Assembly (NCBI GenBank): GCA_963845755.1
Contig: CAWJTV010000034.1
Location: 64,001-128,000 of the forward strand
Length of the DNA stretch: 64,000 bases
From: an uncultured Planctomycetota bacterium
GTDB lineage: Bacteria > Planctomycetota > Planctomycetia > Isosphaerales > Isosphaeraceae
Direction: 5' to 3'
Shown: positions 59,701-64,000 of the stretch, in pieces
Layout: each line of letters opens with the position of its first letter
Position numbering within the stretch: position 1 is the stretch's first letter
Notes under the pieces: model-generated
Seen by the model: the letters and a program-made list of their open reading frames with translations, nothing else
Told to the model about the DNA's origin: nothing
Database searches by the model: none
Made by a program: the position numbers and the translations under genes

Positions 59701-59729
59701 AAGTTTGCCAAGCACGCTCCGGATGTCAA
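59701..59729 (-). promoter_or_regulatory. Putative promoter for the Xre-nuclease-pAgo operon
   Basis: Perfect TTGACA, then 16 nt, then CAAACT about 7 nt before the ATG; no SD, possibly leaderless. The -10 match is weak. Confidence 0.45.
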
Positions 59730-59877
59730 GCACTCGCTCCGCGGATGGTTCCTCGCCTGCGGAGATTTCTCGCGGTTCGCGTGGACGACGAACGTCACAC
59801 GCGGCCTGGTATGCGAGGCGCACAAACTCCCTGTCGCCGAAGCGGCAGCTCTCGGGGTGCTTGCATTGCTCCGCCGA

Positions 59878-60096
59878 TTATGACTCGTGCTTGGCAACCG
59901 GCTTGCCCGCCCGCCCGTTCACGGGCCGCTGCGGCTTCTTCCGGTAGAGTCGGGAGGACTCGAAGTAGCCGTACCGATCCGTGTACGGATCGTCCTCGGC
60001 GACGTAGAGTCCCTCGATGACGCTCTTCATCCGGAGCGGCTTGTCGGCAGGAAGGAGGACGCCGGCGATCTTCTTCTTCGGCGTTTCAGAGGCCAT
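59878..60096 (-). CDS. Hypothetical 72-aa basic protein
   Basis: Strong SD (AAGGAG) between the patatin-GAF stop (60111) and this ATG. Confidence 0.6.
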   Translation of the reverse strand: MASETPKKKIAGVLLPADKPLRMKSVIEGLYVAEDDPYTDRYGYFESSRLYRKKPQRPVNGRAGKPVAKHES

Positions 60097-60461
60097 CGGC
60101 GTATCTCCTTTCAGTTGAAGAGCTTGCGGATCACGTTTTCCCAGACGAGCAATCGCTCGAGCACCTCAGAACGAAGGTTCGCGCCGGCGAGGTCGGAAGG
60201 CGATCCGGGCTCCTCTAACCAGTTAGTATCGGCAAGAGGCGTCACGGAGTCAATGGACAAAGTCCCAATCGGCTCGCTCCCGGGTTGCTTTTCCGCCTCA
60301 GGATGATCCCAGATTGGCACGCTGAGCATCGACTTGCGGTGATCTGGGACGCGGCGGTGCTGCTCCGCGGTCATCCTCCATGGCGTTGGGTTGACCGCAG
60401 CGGCGCTCGAGGTCGTGCAAGCAGGCCGCCTTGCGCTCCACGCCCGTCCGCTGCATCCGGC

Positions 60462-62042
60462 CAGTGAGTTCAGGGTTTTCCTCTGGCTCTAGGGGGCCCC
60501 GTCTTTTGCTCATGTGCTTGCTGGAGAACCCGGTAGGTTGACGTATGGTTGCCGAGCACACGCTTCTTGACTTTCTGATGACCGCCACGGCCGGAGCTGG
60601 GCGCTTTCCACCAACGGTCGCTCCAGGCGCGCGCAACCGCTCCCGCAAGTACGTGCGCACCTCACTCGCCGTCGGCACGGCGCCCAGCAACGACAGCAAC
60701 GTCTTGACCTCAACCAACTCGCTGACCGACACCATTTGCCGCTCCACGTCACCGAAGAGCTTCTCGTTGGAGATCGCCTTGGCCTCACACTCTTGATGCG
60801 ATGCCAGGTGCGTCCGCACGACTTGCAGGGCGTTGTACAGCAGCAGGCAGAACGACAACTGGAACAGGACCGCCTTCGGCTGCGTGCCGATGAGGTGCTT
60901 CAGCGAGAACACGTCGGTGATCTGCTGGAAGACCGTCTCCAGACCCCAGCGACTCTGATACGTCGAGAGCATCGCCACGGCGGGATACGTCGTCTCGTCC
61001 AACAGGTCGGTGATCACGCCGAACTCCTTGCCGTCGGCCAGATGCTTGGTGATCCGGCGCACGTACACGCGGTCGGCCTTGGCGACCTTGCCCAGCCAGC
61101 CCCACTCCTGCACGATCCGGCGCCCGTCGGCGTCGCGGGTCTCCTGCGCCGGCCGGGACGCATCGGGAACGAACGTCGTATTGCTGCAGTAGCGGATCAG
61201 GAAATGGCCGCCGGCCTTCAACACCTCCCGGGGAAAACTCAGGTTGCAGTAGAGTCGGTCCAGGACCACCAACCACAACTTCTCCGGCCGGCCAGCGCCG
61301 CCAACTTCGGCAGCAGGCCCTCGGTGAGAGCCGCTTCACCGGCTTCGCCGTCGAGGTGGCCCACCATCGCGACGGCCAGGCCCGTCCGCAGGTCCAAGCC
61401 CACCGACGCCCGCGCACCGAGGATCCCCGCCTGCAAGCCGCGCAACGGCTTGAGGAGCCGGCGAACGTGCTTGATCGCCTTGCCGTCGGCCCCGAAGACT
61501 TCGAACCCGGCCCAACACGCCGGCAACGGCTCCACGGCCAGGGTCTCAGGCAGGACCGCGTTGAGCCGCTGGGTGCCTTCGGCGAGCAGGGCCTCGCTGA
61601 GGGGCAGGGGCAGGTTCCCCAACTTGTCATAGGACGAGGTGATCGAGACCGGCAGCGTGCCCTGTTCCTGGGCCCGCGTGAAGGCCTGGTAGCCACTCCC
61701 CTCGTGCTCGATCAAGGCATCGGTGATCAGATGGGCCAGCGTGCGGAACTTCAACTGCTTCTCGAAGCAGGGCCCGCGATTTCGCGCCCAGAGATCATCC
61801 AGCCACGAATCCGCCATCGCGTAGTGCAGCAACCGCCACACCGAGTCGGCCAGAGGAAGCCGACTCAGCACCTCGGCGGCAAACGGGGTGTCGTTGAGGA
61901 CCGAAGGACTCCGGACGGCTGCGGAAAAGACGGCGACCTCCATAACCGAAGGACTCCTGAGAGGACCGAAGGTGCAATCCGATGGGTATTTATGATACGG
62001 ACCTCGGATCCGCGGTGGAACGCCAAGACCCTGAACTCACTG
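60462..62042 (-). mobile_element. IS4-family insertion sequence (1581 bp)
   Basis: TIRs cagtgagttcagggtttt and aagaccctgaactcactg (17/18); 12-bp TSD gctgcatccggc at 60450-60461 and 62043-62054. Confidence 0.92.
60470..61943 (-). CDS. IS4-family DDE transposase (frameshifts near 61280 and 60630)
   Basis: ADGK, VLDRLY, YQSRWGLETVFQQI (YREK-like motif). Confidence 0.88.
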
Positions 62043-63686
62043 GCTGCATCCGGCGGTCTCGGCGATCTCGAGCGTGTGGTCGGAATCCATCTCATTCGTC
62101 GCCGGGTCGAACATTCCGAACGAGTAGGTGACTATCCTCGTCGGCGTACCGTCGTCGAAGGTCCGACCGGTCCGTAGCATGATGTGTGTCCGGACGTCCT
62201 CTGCGTCGGTGCTTGATTCGATATCCTGTGCCACGGCGAATAAGACGGCTTCGAAGAGCTTGGGGTCACCGTAGCGTGCTTGCAATTGACGCTGGATGAC
62301 CCCCTCCCGGATCTCGGTCTGGCCGAGGCCGTGCACTCCGAGTTGGTGGACGAAGTCCTCGGCCTGGTTATGGCGTTGAAGGATCTCGAGGTTGTCGAGG
62401 AACTCGCTCGACTGGTGGTAGCCGAGATTGAAGAGCTTGCGCCGACCATCGAGGCCGATCTTGAAGTCGAGGACGTCGAACTTGTTCGGGATGCGAATGG
62501 GGACGTGGATCACGTCCTTCAGGACCTTGCGGAGGAGCTCATCCCCAGCGTCGAGCGCGGTTGACACCATGTCCTTGAGAAACCGCTTGAGGTCGTAGTT
62601 GGTCGCGGCTTCGGGGGAGGCCTCTGAAGTCAGGTCGAACGCGAATACCGGGTGTCTTGTCCGCTGCTGCTCGTCGTGAAAGAGGAATGCGGGGAGGTTG
62701 CTCGCCAAGCCTCCGTCAACGAGCCAGCACTGGCGGTTCCGGTCTACCGGCTGAAACACGAACGGGTAGCAGGTGGACGCACGAACGGCGTCCAGCACCG
62801 AGCTGCCGTAGAGCGTCTCGTCCTTCGAGAACACGACCGGTTGACGACGAGAGACATCCGACGCGACGATCTTCAGGGGGAAGCAGCGGCGACCATTGCT
62901 CCGGACAGCCTCGAAGGCAGCTAGGCTCGCGAAACTGATGTCGCTCGCTTCATCGAGTGACGGGAGCTTGGCAGCGATCTTCTTCAGGAGGAAGACCTTG
63001 AGCACCTGACCATCATCAACTCCGAACCGTTCCATGAGCGTCTGCTTCAGAGTCCCGTAGCCGAGGTACGCGCCGAGTGCCCGCGCGACCGAGCCCAGCT
63101 TGCCGAATAGGCCCTTCTCTAGGCCCCCAACGACGGCGCCAATCTGGGACTTGAACGCTTCGACGTGTTTGCCGTTGTCGTTGAGGAGGCTCGTGAACTC
63201 TGTACCTACGAGGATGTCCTCGATCTCTTGTCCGCTGTAGCCCACCGCGGCGAGCGTCGCGATGACGCTCCCCGCAGACGTGCCGCCGAAGCCCACGAAC
63301 TCGACTCGCTTCCGCTCTGCAGCCTTGAGGGCTCCGGCGAGCGCCGCTCCGAGGACACCACCACCGTCGAAAATCGCATAGGCTTTCATCAGTTCGGTAT
63401 TCCTGCTCTTTCGCTTCGTGGCGCCCTTCGAGGTTGACAGTTCAGTACCCATCGGTCGCGAAGACGTGCTCGACGTACAGGTCGTGTTGACGCTCCAGCA
63501 GGCGGAGACAAATGGACATCTCCTCGATCCAGACGAGTTGACGAGCAGCCGGTCGTACCGTTCGGGGAGCGACGACACCGTGTAGCATGATCGGCAATGC
63601 GGAGACTCCCTCGTGCAGACGCTCCGGAAAAGGTTCCGAAAGAGGTAGTGGAGACCTTTTCCTCGCGGGGGGCATGATGTGATTTG

Positions 63687-64000
63687 TCAATTGATGAGCA
63701 TGTCGTGTCCCCGAGCCGGCCCCGTCGGGAAATGGTTCAGGTCAATATTGAAGAACGGGTCGACCTTCATCCCATCGGGGCCGATGTGGACCAGTCGCAC
63801 ATAGAATCGTCCCGAGTGGTCGAGCGTCGAGAGCAGCGAGTTTGACACGTACATCCGCTTGCCATCGGCGGTCGACGTGCATCATGTTGGGCTGGACGCA
63901 AGGGGCGACGGTGCTGAAGAGGCGAGGATGCTCGGGGTCGGAGACGTCCCACTGCTGGATCGAGTTGTCGCCGAAGCAGCTCACGTAGAGGTACTTGTCG
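63687..64000 (-). CDS. Selenium-binding protein SBP56/methanethiol oxidase-like, 3' part (runs off window; 1-nt frameshift near 63874)
   Basis: YLYVSCF, QWDVSDPEHPRL, PNMMHV, DGKRMYVSNSLLSTLD, GPARGHDMLIN. Confidence 0.85.

Larger units (their letters stand above)
60111..63389 (-). pseudogene. Patatin-like phospholipase with C-terminal GAF-like domain (about 560 aa reconstructed), interrupted by IS4
   Basis: DGGGVLG, GTSAG and VDGG motifs. Removing the IS and one TSD restores the frame ...AGCS|GRAWSARRP...KSMLSVPIW...IGTLSIDS to the stop at 60111. Alternative start at 63452. Confidence 0.85.

Noticed and set aside
60111..63389. CBASS call based on the patatin
   Set aside because: No CD-NTase, Cap2 or Cap3 gene visible; patatin alone is insufficient.
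63442..63690. 82-aa ORF between SBP56 and patatin
   Set aside because: No recognisable motif and it overlaps the possible patatin start region; unsupported.

Overview
GC-rich bacterial DNA whose gene content points to a planctomycete, probably Isosphaeraceae-like (inference from ECF sigma factors with long C-terminal extensions, PEP-CTERM and LEPR-XLL-type proteins, LRR and ASPIC/UnbV proteins). The core is a minus-strand block: tRNA-Thr/Tyr/Gly/Thr, tuf, rpmG, tRNA-Trp, secE, nusG, rplKAJL, rpoB. rpoC does not follow rpoB. There are three IS elements (ISKra4-like, ISAzo13-like, IS4-like). Single-base frameshifts are frequent, including in rpoB and rplL, so most are probably consensus errors. 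The highlight is a ~9.7 kb minus-strand island (about 54.0-63.7 kb) bracketed by two diverged copies of the 3' end of a selenium-binding-protein (SBP56) gene. It carries a patatin phospholipase with a GAF-like tail (split by an IS4 with a 12-bp target duplication) and a 72-aa ORF. These are followed by five genes with overlapping stop/start codons: Xre-type HTH, Cas4/AddB-like Fe-S nuclease, long prokaryotic Argonaute (apparently intact DEDD tetrad, atypical MID motif), a 121-aa protein, and a ~375-aa HEXXH metallopeptidase-like protein. This is a candidate uncharacterised Argonaute defence system. All calls come from motif reading by eye; no searches were run.
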